NCBI RefSeq assembly: GCF_006345805.1 | Contig: NW_021834335.1 | Location: forward strand, 1-49,165 | Source of the DNA: Octopus sinensis | Taxonomy: Eukaryota | Length of the DNA: 49,165 nucleotides | Direction of reading: 5' to 3' | Part shown: positions 15,075-28,205 of the stretch, piece after piece | How the letters are laid out: each line of letters opens with the position of its first letter | Position numbering within the stretch: position 1 is the first letter of the stretch | The notes under the pieces: model-generated | What the model was told of the DNA's origin: nothing | The model's input: only the letters and a program-made list of their open reading frames with translations | Databases searched by the model: none | Translations under genes and position numbers: made by a program

Positions 15075-15780
15075 ATATATGTGAGCATGTCTCGATATAC
15101 AACTATATGCATGAAAATACATGCATAAAACAAAACATACAAATCTGCACCTGTACATACATACATACATACACACAAATACGCATACATACATACATAC
15201 ATACATACATACATACATACATACATACATGCATACATACATACATACATACATACATACATACATGCATACATACATACATACACACAAATACGCATAC
15301 ATACATACATACATACATACATACATACATACATACATACATACATACATACATACATACATACATACATACATACACACAAATACGCATACATACATAC
15401 ATACATACATACATACATACATACATACATACATACATACACACAAATACGCATACATACATACATACATACATACATACATACATACATACATACATAC
15501 ATACACACAAATACGCATACATACATACATACATACATACATACATACACACAAATACGCATACATACATACATACATACATACATACATGCATACATAC
15601 ATACATACATACATAAATACATACATGCATGCATTCAAACATACATACATACACACACAAATACGCATACATACATACATACATACATACATACATACAT
15701 ACATACATACATACATAAATACATACATACATGCATGCATGCATACATACATACATACATACAAACAAAAATACCCTGTT

Positions 15781-16378
15781 ATACAAGCGCATGCGTAGTC
15801 TATGTCGTGTTTTTGTGGAAGACATCAAACACGTGATTAGGAGCTGTCCTAAAATGTCGTCATGGTATTACTTCCTTAAGCGGCACGATGTTGTTGCTAA
15901 AACAATTTACAATGCCATCCGCAAAAATGACTGTCTTGAAAGAAACTTGGAAAATCCCTCTGTTATGGAATACATTCATAAACACCAACTCAAGGAATAC
16001 TGGTGGAATATATCCCATCAAAACTTCTGTCAAATGTAAACATTACAGGCCGGATATTTTTGTTTAGGATGAAGGGGCAAAGTTATGTACAATCGTGAGT
16101 TTTGCTGCCCTGCAGATATAAATACCCCCTTGAAAATCAAAGAAAAAGAGGATATCTATGGACAACTACTTCGAAACCTCCAACTTTTATATCCAGACTA
16201 TGAATTCATATGCATACCAATAATAATTGGAGCACTAGGTTTGGTTAGTAAATGCTTAAAGGAGAATCTGGATAAACTGGGATTTTCAGAAAGTGAAATC
16301 GACCGGCTAATTCGTACATTACAAGTCCAGCCTGTGAGTGGAACAGTAAAAACATGCAAGACTTTTCTCAAGTTCTAA
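15781..16378 (+). mobile_element. R4/Dong-clade non-LTR retrotransposon C-terminus (CCHC zinc knuckle plus restriction-like endonuclease), frameshifted
   Basis: C..EDIKHVIRSCP..Y.KRHDVVAK knuckle, RPDIFV and E..CP nuclease motifs, KEKEDIYGQL, PIIIGALG. Frameshifts near 16015 and 16095. Confidence 0.85.
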
Positions 16379-16537
16379 ATATGAATTTGTCTGTCAACTA
16401 CATCCCAAAGACGGAGCCTTGTATCTTTATAAATATGGCTTTTTATAATCATATGTTACGACTTCTTGGAATCGGTTTGTCTGATTTATTTATGCAAATC
16501 AGACAAACTGACTATAAGTAGAGGGGGCGGGTGCGCA

Positions 16538-17038
16538 AGCTTGGTTTCTGATGAAGCTCCTGTTAGAATAGAAATGACGCAGGTTAACGTACACCTTTTT
16601 CTGTTCATAAAAAATTAAAGAAAGGAATTTATTTATATTTGTCTAGTATATATTACAACACAGCGATATATATCACTTATATTATTAATCATTAGAGATA
16701 GCTTAGATGTTTTATGCAGACAAACCAATGTAGCGGTCGTAATGTATTATGATTATAAATATATCTAAGCTCAGCCTTTCCCCGTGGGCAGACTGAGCGG
16801 CGATGAGCGATGGTATCTGGTGAATACTCTAATTAGACTCGAAACCGATTATGTTAATGTCTACGGACAGAAAATTTGGATCTATTGCGCACATCAGATA
16901 AATAGATCGAGAGAAGGCATTATATTAGGATTATAAATAGCTATAAGCTATTTCCCTCCCATAAGGATAAATTATGTCGGCGTAGAAGCTTGGCCGCTGA
17001 CAAAGCTCCAAATGGAAACGAAACCAGTCAGGTTAAGG
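16538..17038 (+). ncRNA. Tandem array of three degenerate minimal hammerhead motifs (family C), cores at 16548, 16817 and 16997
   Basis: CTGATGA-A-GCTCC-TGTT..GAAA; GGTAT-CTGGTGA-A-..TCTAATTAGA..-GAAAC-CGAT-T-ATGTT; CTTGGCCG-CTGACAA-A-GCTCC-AAAT-GGA..C-GAAAC-CA-GTC-AGGTTAAG. Copies 1 and 3 lie in a diverged direct duplication 449 bp apart. Confidence 0.55.
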
Positions 17039-17786
17039 TTTCCTTTTTCTTTTTGTTCACGGAAGGAAAAAGAAGGAATTTATTTACATATGAAGAGTGT
17101 ATTAATTAAGTGTATTACTAAGCTGTGATATCTAACGTCTATACAATTAATTATTAGAGATAATATTTTATGTACTGCGTTCGTGACTATCTCATTATGA
17201 AGTAAACAGCAAGGTTTTCATGAAACTGATTACACGACAGTTTGATAACAAAACATTCCTTTCATTGAGGAAGGGGTTTAGTAATTAGAATTAGAAAAAC
17301 TCTGCTAAGGTTAATGATAATTACTAACGAAATAATTAGATGCATTTCCGTATTTAATATACCTGTTAATTAACACCAAATACATTGCACAGCCAGTCAT
17401 TGTAATGTATGTATGTATGTATGTATGTATGTATGTGTGTGTGTGTATGTATGTATGTATGTATGTATGTATGTATGTATGTGTGTGTGTGTCTGTATGT
17501 ATGTATGTATGTGTGTGTATGTATGTATGTATGTATGTACATATTTATGTATGTGTGTGTGTATGTATGTATGTATGTATGTGTGTGTGTGTATGTATGT
17601 GTGTGTGTGTATGTATATGTGTGGATGTATGTATGTTTGTATGTATGTATAGTAGAAGATACTTTCCCAAGTTGCCACGCAATGGGAGTGAACCCAGAAC
17701 CACATGGTTGAGAAGCAAGATTCTTACCACTCGGCCACAACTGCGCCTATATGTATATATTTATATATATACACACACATATATAC

Positions 17787-17863
<77 letters not shown>

Positions 17864-19651
17864 ATATATACATACATATATTATATATGTGTGTGAGTGT
17901 GTGTGTGTGTGTGTGTGTATGCGTATATGTGTGTGCATTTAACTAACTTTTCGATTCTGACATTGCTTTCCTCTTGTTTACACCCTCTCCCGCTCACTCG
18001 CACACCCCTCTCTCTGTTTTGGTATCGGCAAAACAGATGTATTCTGTAGTAAACATAAAGAAATAATCAAAGCGATAATATTTCATTCCGGAAGAAATGT
18101 GGAAGGAGATGAAGTCAAGAACTTTGAGTAACGAGTTGATAAATCATCGGAATGGTTCCAAAGAATTTCGGCAGAACCAAAAGTTCATTCGATCGCAATG
18201 GCCAGCAATGAGATGGCCGAGTGGTTAAAGCGTTGTACTCTGTAACTAAATTAAGTGCTTTCTGGGGTCGATCCTACTGTGTAGAACATTGAACAGGTGT
18301 CTTTTACTATAGCCATGGGCCGACAAAAACTTCATAAATGGAATTTGATTGGCGGAAACAGCATGGAGGGCATGGAAGGACAAGATCTGTTCATGGGCTG
18401 TTCACTTAATTGATAGCATGGCTTAACACCCCCAACTGTCCCTAGTGTGCCTTTAGCTTGCGCGTTGAGCCTTCGGGTAAAGTTTCCGGTCAAATGATGG
18501 CTTTCTTTTTTCCTGTGCCCGTATCGAAATCTTTAAAAACACAACCAAAAACAAAATTGATGCTACACTTTCCCAAAACGAGAAAATGTGGCGAACTGGC
18601 AGATTCGTTAGAGCATCGGACAAAATCTCTTATAAGTGTAATATTTCTTCCGGCTCTCTGTGCTCCAAGTTCAAATGCTGCCGAAGTCAACTTTGTCTTT
18701 TATCCTTTTTAGAGTGGGGGGTTGATAAAAAAACGTACCTATTCCAGAGCACTAGATTGGTGAAGCTTTAAGGACGTTGGACCCGATACCTTCCAGTATT
18801 GTTTCCGAATTTCAGCGCTCTGAGTTCAAATCCAATCGAGGGTGACATTGCTTTTAATCCTTTCTGGTTGTCAATTAAAGGAAATTCTATCAATCCAGGG
18901 CTGTAGATAGGCGGAACTTCAAGAACGCCATAGTGGAAAGCCTGGGGGTATTTGTTTCGGTTCTTTACGTTGTGTATTCAAATCCCACTATGGCCTGATC
19001 ACCTGATGTACAACACCCACACCACCAGCCGCACCACCACCTGCACCACCACTCGCACCACCACCCGCACTACTAACACTACCACCACCACCAAAACCAC
19101 CACCAAAACCACCACCACCACCACCACCACCACCACCACCAAAACCACCACCACCACCACCATCACCAGCACCCGCACCACCAGCACCACTACACATATC
19201 ACCACTACCACCACCAAAACCACCACCAAAACCACCACCACCACCACCCGCACCCGCACCCGCACCACCAGCACCACTACTCATATCACCACTACCACCA
19301 AAACTACTAGCATCCCCAGTCACCTTGGATACCACTTTGCAAGCAGTCGAACCAAAACTCCGATTTGAGGATATCTACCACCCTTAAGTCCTGCCCATTA
19401 GTTCCTGAAACTCTGTGAAGGGACACAGGATCATGGGCCATAACTTCCCTTCTGACTAAAAAAAAACCCAAAAGAAAAAAACAAAAACAACATAGAAACA
19501 AGGCAGCGAGCTCACTTCTCATATTTTCTTTCGAAAGAACAACACTTTGGATAAAATGTATTAAATTTAACTATTTTGGTTTAACCCACCTTTGTTTTTT
19601 TCTCAAGTCTCCTCCACAAGAAAACTGAACATTTCTCGGTTTCCATTGCAG

Positions 19652-19756
19652 ATAATTCCTCTGTAGATCACAATAATGTTGATGCTGACGGTCACTTGTC
19701 GATCTACTCCTGGCGAGCCAACATTATCAGTCCTTGCAGCTTAACTTGTGATACAG
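19652..19756 (+). CDS. ADAMTSL2: ADAMTSL2-like exon 1 in window: end of glycan-rich linker and start of a TSP1 repeat, (D)NSSVDHNNVDADGHLSIYSWRANIISPCSLTCDTG
   Basis: Acceptor ttccattgcAG, donor ACAG|GTATGT, 105 nt, phase 1-1. W...CxxTCxxG TSP1 start joins in frame to 33942. A second in-frame acceptor at 19667 is possible. Confidence 0.88.
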
Positions 19757-19828
19757 GTATGTACCTTGTTATTTCTTACTGTATTGAAATGCACTCACCA
19801 CTGCATCCGATGACTATACGCATTCACT

Positions 19829-19864
<36 letters not shown>

Positions 19865-19869
19865 TACAT

Positions 19870-19904
<35 letters not shown>

Positions 19905-20874
19905 TACATACATACATACATACATACATACATACATACATTCACATACATACATACATACATACATACATACATACACATACATACATAACACACCACA
20001 CACACAACATACATACATACATACATACATACACCATACATACACACATACATACATACATACATACATACATACATACATACATACATACATACATACA
20101 TACATTCACATACATACATACATACATACATACATACATACATACACACACACACATACATACACACATTACATACATACGACATACATACTACATTGTA
20201 CATACATACATACATACATACATACACACATACATACATACATACATACATACATACAGTATGCATACATGCATACATACATACATACATACATCATACA
20301 TACATACATACATTCACATACATACATACATACATACATACATACATCTACATACACACATGCATGCATACATACATACATACAAACATAATACATACAT
20401 ACATACATACATACGTACATACATACATACATACATACATACACACATACATACATACATACATACATACATACATACATCTACATACATACACACATAC
20501 ATGCATACAACATACATACAAACATAAATACATACATACTACCTACGTACATACACACACACATACATACATACACACATACATACATACATACATACAT
20601 ACATACATACATACATACATACATACATACATACCCGCGCGCATATATTGTCTTCATACACACACTTCCGTATGCATGTAGGCATACAGATACGCATACA
20701 TTCACGCATCTTTATGCTCATTCATAATAAGCAAATATGGTTGCGATGCATGTGCCTGGTGTACCCTTATCAGGCGAGTAGTCATGATGGGTATACTGTG
20801 CTTCGTATATTTTACTCCAGTGTCACATTGATGGCATACACTGCTCTCTCACTCGCTCAATAATAATAATAATG

Positions 20875-20919
<45 letters not shown>

Positions 20920-20920
20920 T

Positions 20921-20951
<31 letters not shown>

Positions 20952-21007
20952 TCTAATGATAATAAAAATAAAAATAATAATAATAATACTAACAATAATA
21001 ATAATAG

Positions 21008-21585
21008 TAAGTGCCCTGATACAATGCCAAGCACCGGCTCTCATGGCTTCTCATCTTAACAGATTGGAAGTGTTGATACATATGTATTTTGTCTTGGTAT
21101 AAAAGATGGGCTACAACAAATATTCTGCTCAATAACTCAGATTTGCTTGGCAGTTGTTTGACCTTAACTAGTTGAACATGTCCCTTAATGACTGACGATA
21201 TGTGCATCTCTGATCATGCGCAGAAGTAGTGGGGGAGTATCACAGCCATGTGTTGAGAGGGATTCTTTGGTGTTTGGATAATTCACCTCTGGAAACATGA
21301 GTGTTTCGTTCATCACCCTTAAACAACCCTTATGCAGGGACCTGAGTAAGATGGGCTACTCAACCCGAAGAAAATTCTAACTGGGTTCCACCTTCAAGGT
21401 TACGCGTTGTTTATCTTGATATAAAATTACCACGTCGCGCACGTATGGTTGTGATGCATGTGCCCGATGTACCCTTATCGGACGGGTAGCTGTGATGGGT
21501 GTATTGGGCTTCGTACAATTGTACCCTAGTGCCACTTTGATGGTATGCGCTGCTCTCTCACTCAATAATAATAATAATAATAATT
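21008..21585 (+). mobile_element. Interspersed element of about 570 bp ending ctctctcactc(AAT)n; a second 3' fragment lies at 20720-20860
   Basis: 20740-20860 and 21450-21565 align, and both end in (AAT)n tails. Consistent with a retroposon associated with AAT repeats. Confidence 0.7.
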
Positions 21586-22139
21586 TTAATAATAAAAATG
21601 GTTTAAAGTTTTGGTAGAAGGCCAGCAATTTCAGAGAAGGGAGTAAGTTGATTACATCGAGCCAGTACTTAACTCGTACTTTATTCATCGATCCCGAGAG
21701 GACGAAAAGCAAAGTCCACCTCGGAGGAATTTGAACTCAGAATCAGAACGTAAAGAAGGATGAAATGCCGCTAAGCGTTCTGTCCGGCGTGTTAACGATT
21801 CTGCCAGCTTAATAGAAACAGCCATACTTCATATTCTAAGCGCGGGTTGACCACCGGAATCGGAGAGAGAACAACTCTGATTATGGCATGAGGAAATTCC
21901 CCTGCACGAAATTTTAGATCCGAAAAGTATTTCACAATATTTCTACTCTACTAGCTTGATTCAGAAACAAGACGTGCTCTGATTTCTAGTGCCAATGTCC
22001 AGGATGTTGATGGTAGCCTCTCTCCGTTTAGAACCTGCTTCCTTATAATCTGACTATTTAGAGAGAAAGGTCATAAATAGTCAGTATGGCCCTTTTCTTC
22101 TCCCTTGTCTATTTAAAAAAAATTATGTATTTTATATTT

Positions 22140-22651
22140 ATACTAGCAGTATCGTCCGGCGTTGCTCGGGTTTGTAAGGGAAATAACTATATAAGCATTT
22201 TTAGAGAGTTACTTCCCTTATAGATGCCAATTCGGGCTTTCTTAGCCATTTCTGTTTTGGTGTCTTCAAGCCATGAAGTCGTTGTTCTAAAAGAACGCTG
22301 GTCTCCTTGACAACGCTTTACGACGTTGATTTCCTTACACTGCCTCCCCACTTCACGAGGGAGGAAGAAGGGGGAGAAGCAAACAGGTGCAGGTGTGACC
22401 ATGGACGCCAACTCCGCCGCCATCGACACACGAAAAATTATGCATTAAAATGGAATAAAAAATGATGTTAAATTATTTTTAAAATCGTAGACTCAGCGTA
22501 GACGCGCGCTAATAGTCAGACGGGCTCGATATGAATCACGACTATAATATACCCGAATTTGGTTAAACTGCACCGCAAAATGTGGGATTAGTTAGGAATC
22601 TAAATCGAAGGGGACAGACACTCACACAACTACAGTTTTATATATATAGAT
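22140..22651 (+). mobile_element. Non-autonomous Helentron/DINE-1-type (HINE-like) element
   Basis: Starts TATACTAGC..CCGGCGTTGCTCGGG, ends TTTTATATATATAGAT in a T-rich site with no target-site duplication. A matching 5' stub occurs at 27676-27712. Confidence 0.55.
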
Positions 22652-23180
22652 TGTAATTGCATTTTGTCTGTAATTATATCTATGAGAAATGGCGAGAGGA
22701 TCTAACGAAGAATTTATTTCAACAATTATTCGTAATGGCGCATTTTACACCTCAACATCTCACCCATGACCTAAAAATATAAGTACGTGTTGATACAATT
22801 GTAGGGATTTTAAATTTAAAAAAAAATTCTTTAATTCCATTTCTATCATTTCTCTCTATATACAAATTCTACGTATACTATGGAAAGCCTGATCCATATC
22901 CAGTTGCAGGAGCATTTCCACTGTATGATTACATCAGGTAACCCATAACTCCGGACGAGCTTTGCATAGCATTCTACAAGATCTTTGCTCGAATATTAAC
23001 TACATACATAAACACATACATACATACATACATACATACATACATTATACATACATACATACATACATACATACATACATACATACATACGTACATACAT
23101 ACATACATACATACATACATACACACATACACAGACATACATATATATATATATGTATATTTATGCATATGTGTGTATGT

Positions 23181-23211
<31 letters not shown>

Positions 23212-23242
23212 GATAATACTACATACATGTATGTGCGTATGT

Positions 23243-23318
<76 letters not shown>

Positions 23319-24574
23319 TATAATATGATATGAATAAATACATACATCATGTATGTGTGTGTTTGCATGTGGATGGTATAATCCCCGACTCTGCAGCTAA
23401 GGAAAAGTCTCCCTTTTATTTCCGCTCCTCTTGTCGAAAATAATCATATTATTTCTAAAAACGAGGACTTTATTGTGGAATGACATGCGACATGAAAGAC
23501 CAGGTGCACAACACTTTTGAGATAAAGTACATCTTCGCAAAAATGGTGAAGAAATCTCTTATTTACATAACTTTTGGCTTTCCTTGATAGAATCTTAAAT
23601 CTGACATTGCAATGACTTAAGCAAGATAAAAAATATAAACGTCGTTTCGAAAATTCTTTTTGCACCAAAAACTGATTCCAAATGACGTTATTTTTTTCTC
23701 TAAATTAAATTCGACCTCATTTTTTGGTTCATTTTTCTGTGACATTTTTTTATATTCAAGCTTTTTTCATATCTTTTACTCTTTCCTGAGAAGATTAATG
23801 AAGACGTTTTAACAGCAACAACAACAACAACAAAAACAAAAACTGCATGAAAAAACCAAAACGAAAAGAAAAAAAAACATTCATCTTAAAGAAATCACTT
23901 TAAGAATTCTAAAAATTTAAAAAAAAAGAAGAAAAGAAGTGAAAAATAAGGTTTATGAACTGAAAACAGTTTGAAAATTACATTCGATTGTAATCTGCAA
24001 AAAATAATTATGAAGCAAAATGGTTCGAGAACGAAACTGGAACGAGAAGAAAGTAGATAATAGAAATAATGAGGATTCGTTTTTCTTTTATTTTATTTTA
24101 TTTGTTTCAGTCATTTGACTACGGCCATGCTGGAGTACCGCCTTTTTAGTCGAACAAATCAACCACAGGACTTATTCTTTGTAAGCCTGGTACTGGCGAC
24201 TTTTTTTGCAATATGCGCTCTTCATTTCCTCCTTCAATACATATCCGAGTGGTCCGAAAAGGGGAGGGGTATGTCTTGGGGCAATTTTTGCTGTTGTTCT
24301 GTTGATAAAGTTTTGTTTTGGGTTATTCTGACACCGTTGCTTTTGCTGCTGTCTGGAATGTAAAAGACAGTGATGTTGGTGAGTTTTCCGTTCTGCTTGC
24401 CACCGTTGCTCCAACTGTTATTGTTCTTGTTGCTATTGTTGCTACTGTTGTAGATACTACCGTAATTGTGTTGCTGTTACTGTTGTTGTTGTTTTTGCTT
24501 TGCTGCTGTAGCGGTCACATGCCACGCTGCTGCTCTTGTTGTTATTGCTTTTGTAATAGTCGTGTCGACAGAAG

Positions 24575-24945
24575 TGGGCTTTTCTCCATTTAGCCCACAC
24601 AGGTGATATCTCAACTTTCTGCCCTCAACGACCATATGAAGGCTAGTGCCATCTGACAAACGTATAATGTCCGGGATTGCTCCTACACTTCCTAATCCAA
24701 CTGCACCCACATCTCCATGCCTCGACCCAACTAGTTTTGTTCTTGCAGTTTATGCACCTGTAGGATATTTGTTTTGTCCTCAGAAGGACAGCTGGCACCA
24801 CCCAACAGATGTCTATTTCTGGTGGAACATATCCAATATAAATTCTTGCTACTCGATAACCCAGGTATATAGGTACCAGAACCAGTTCTTCGCTTCCCCC
24901 TCTGTAGAAAATCTCGCCTGTACTGTGAGGGAGAAGAGGAGTCAA
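24575..24945 (-). mobile_element. Decayed LINE ORF1 (gag-like) fragment
   Basis: Across a frameshift: VPIYLGYRVARIYIGYVPPEID...GAIPDIIRLSDGTSLHMVVEGRKLRYHLCGLNGE, i.e. V.VEGR followed by a broken CCHC knuckle typical of L1/Tx1-type ORF1. Confidence 0.6.
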
Positions 24946-25133
24946 TAACAGCGGTCCCAGTGTTTCACTGGTACTTAATTTATCGACCCCGAAAGGATGA
25001 AAGCCATAGTCGACCGTGATGGAATTTGAACTCAGAACGTAGCGACAGGCGAAATACCGCTAAGCATTTCGTCCAGAACGCTAACGATTCTGCCAGCTCG
25101 CCGTCTTAAATAATAATAGTAATGATGATGATG

Positions 25134-25207
<74 letters not shown>

Positions 25208-25433
25208 TTTTCTACTGAAGGCACTAGGTCTGGAATTTTGAGGGGGTGATTATTCGATTACATCGATCTCAATATTTCATAGGTTTCGATTCATCGACCC
25301 CCGAAATGATGAAAGTAAAATTCGACCACGGTGGAATAATTTGAACTCAGAACAAGAAGAACAGACGAAATGCTAAGCATTTCGCCCGGGGGTTGCTAAC
25401 GATTCTTCCCAGCTCGCCGCCTTAATGATGATA

Positions 25434-25474
<41 letters not shown>

Positions 25475-25924
25475 AATAATAATAATAATAACAACAACAA
25501 CAACAACAACCACAATAGCAATAAATCTAATAAAAAAGAACGAAGAAACATAAGAACGAATAAGAAACAACGATGTTTACAAAACCTCTTCTTTACATGT
25601 TTTGGATAATAAGTTACTAAAATAGAAAAAAAAAACCACTTTTAATATAAAAACGTTATTATGAAGATTACCTTCGCTCCCACCCACCCACAAAAACAAA
25701 AACGAATAAAAATATAGTTAAAATATGAAACTAAAAAAATAAAAGTATTATTGGCACGCAGTCCTTAAAATAAATGTATAACTGTAAATTTTCGTGGAAA
25801 TAATTTCAAATTTAGAGCAATTTTAAGAAATTTTGGTGTTTACATACATAAATAGATACATATACATTCATGCACTCACATACACACACCACACACACCA
25901 CACACACATATATATATATATGCA

Positions 25925-25969
<45 letters not shown>

Positions 25970-26102
25970 GTGCATACATAAATACATAGATGCCCATGTG
26001 TATATGTTTGCATATATATGTGTGTGCATATACACACATACATATACATATATAGATATATACATATATATACGTATATCTATACATCTATATCTATATC
26101 TA

Positions 26103-26251
<149 letters not shown>

Positions 26252-26295
26252 GTCTGTCTGTCTGTCTCTCTCTCCCCCCTCTCTCTCCCCCCTCT

Positions 26296-26359
<64 letters not shown>

Positions 26360-27646
26360 CTCACACACACACGTGATTCGGTACTGAAATTCTTCCCCTT
26401 TTCCTATTTTGCGCGTTTGTTGGCGAGAAAGACAGGTGAATCGAAAAGAATCTGGGAACTCGTTCTGTTGGCATTAAAAGTAAAGCAAATTAAGATAATT
26501 TACTGAGCAGCAAATTAGTCAAACCTGGATGTGAAACTAATTCAATATTGTTGTAAATTAATTTTGGAGTGAAAATCTAAAATTGAAATGAAGGGAAGGA
26601 ATGAGGTTTAGTTGAAGAGAGAGAGGGAGAGAAAGAGAGAGAAGGAAGGGAGGGGAAAGAGGGAGGGAGAGAGGAATAGAGATGAAAGCAGAAAGGGTGG
26701 GTGGCAGTGAGAGAAAGGGAGAGAAAGAAAAAGGGAGAGAGGGTGAGGGAAGAGAGAGGGAAGCAGAAATGGAGGGACGGAAAGACGAGGGGGAGGGATA
26801 GGGAGAGAGCGGGAGAGAGCGGGAGAGAGAGAGGGATGGAGGGGGAGAAAAGAGGAAGCGAGAGTGTGGGAGAGAGGGAGGAAGGGAGGAAGAGAGAGAA
26901 AGAGAGATTGAAAGACAGAGACAGATGGATAGACAGGGAGATAGATGGCTAGATAGATAAACAGTTAGATAGATAGAAAGAGAGACAAAGATGGAGGGAG
27001 AGAGAGAGAGAGAGAGAAAGCGAACTAAAAAGAAAGGATTGAATCTGGTGGTGGAGTCCCAGGTCAGCTGATCCAGCCGATCTATAGTAATAGACGTTCC
27101 AACCGTGACCGTCTTATCATTGTTCGTACATAACATATCCAATTCGATATAATCTCGCGTGTCCTTCTTTTAAGTTATGACAGAAAGAGTTAAGAGAAGA
27201 CTGTCAGCTATTTTTGTGCGGCTCCAGTAAGCAGCATGTCGTGCTGTGAAACTGTTAACGCTGAATAAAATAATTTCATCTCATAAGTAATGAAATATAG
27301 CGATTCACACCGAGTTGGCAGAGCCGTTAGAGTGTTGGAAAGAATACCACATGCTATTTGCTCCCAGTCTATAGGTGCTCTGAGTTCAAATCCCATAGAG
27401 GTCTAGTTTGACTTTCATCCGTTCAGGGGCCGATAGAAAAAAGTACCAGTAAATTTGTAGAATTGTTAAGCATTAAGGCGCAGGTGTGGCTAAGGCGAAG
27501 GCGTGGCTGTGTGGCACCTTGGGCAAGTATCTTCTCATACATACACACACACACACACACACTTATATATATATATATATATTTTTTAATATTTGCATGG
27601 GTATTCTAAGATCCTTGTAGTAGTGTCTTCTGAGGTGGAAGCATTC

Positions 27647-27678
<32 letters not shown>

Positions 27679-27877
27679 CTAGCATTGCATCCCAACATCG
27701 CCTGGGTGTTATTACCTACAGCCACAGTGTATTATATATACATACATACATATATATATATATTTGCTGCAATATTTGCAGCCTTAATAAAGCTGGTCTT
27801 CGTATGAAACAATTGTACCGAAATACTGATCCATTTTTGTTGCTTTTTTCTTGTATATATATATATATATATATATA

Positions 27878-28205
27878 CCGTATTTGATGGCCTATAGGAT
27901 GCACTCGTGCATAGGACGCACCTAGCCAAGGCCATACTTTTGTAAAATAAATTACTACTAAAATAATGTTTTAATTTCTCTACTTACCTGTATAGCTTTG
28001 TTATTACCGGTAATTATAAGCAATTTATTGCATCCACATTCGATACAAACTTACCGTAAGCGATTGTTCACTAATGGATGGCAGGACACGTTTTGTAAAC
28101 ATACATACCGTTTTGAGCCTACATTGAGTGCATTGGATGCAGGGGGATTTTTAAAACCATTTTTGGATAAAAAAAAAGGTGCGTCTTATAGGCCATCACA
28201 AACGG
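27878..28205. mobile_element. 328-bp Tc1/mariner (Tc2/pogo-like) MITE
   Basis: 27-bp imperfect TIRs CCGTATTTGATGGCCTATAGGATGCAC and GTGCGTCTTATAGGCCATCACAAACGG, with TA on both sides. Confidence 0.85.

Noticed and set aside
17190-17235. Possible fourth hammerhead of the tandem array (ATGAAGT..GAAACTGATT)
   Set aside because: The core deviates at positions 3 and 9, helix I is absent, and it aligns to a non-ribozyme part of the duplication.
18208-18285. tRNA-like sequence (GATGGCCGAGTGGTTAAAGCG), and similar at 35521, 40520 and 48675
   Set aside because: No complete cloverleaf, and each continues into a SINE body, so these are SINE heads rather than tRNA genes.
22050-22084. 11-bp hairpin CTGACTATTTA/TAAATAGTCAG, and similar short stems at 42365-42405 and 47379-47397
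   Set aside because: Short AT-rich stems are expected by chance in 49 kb, and there is no second copy or covariation.
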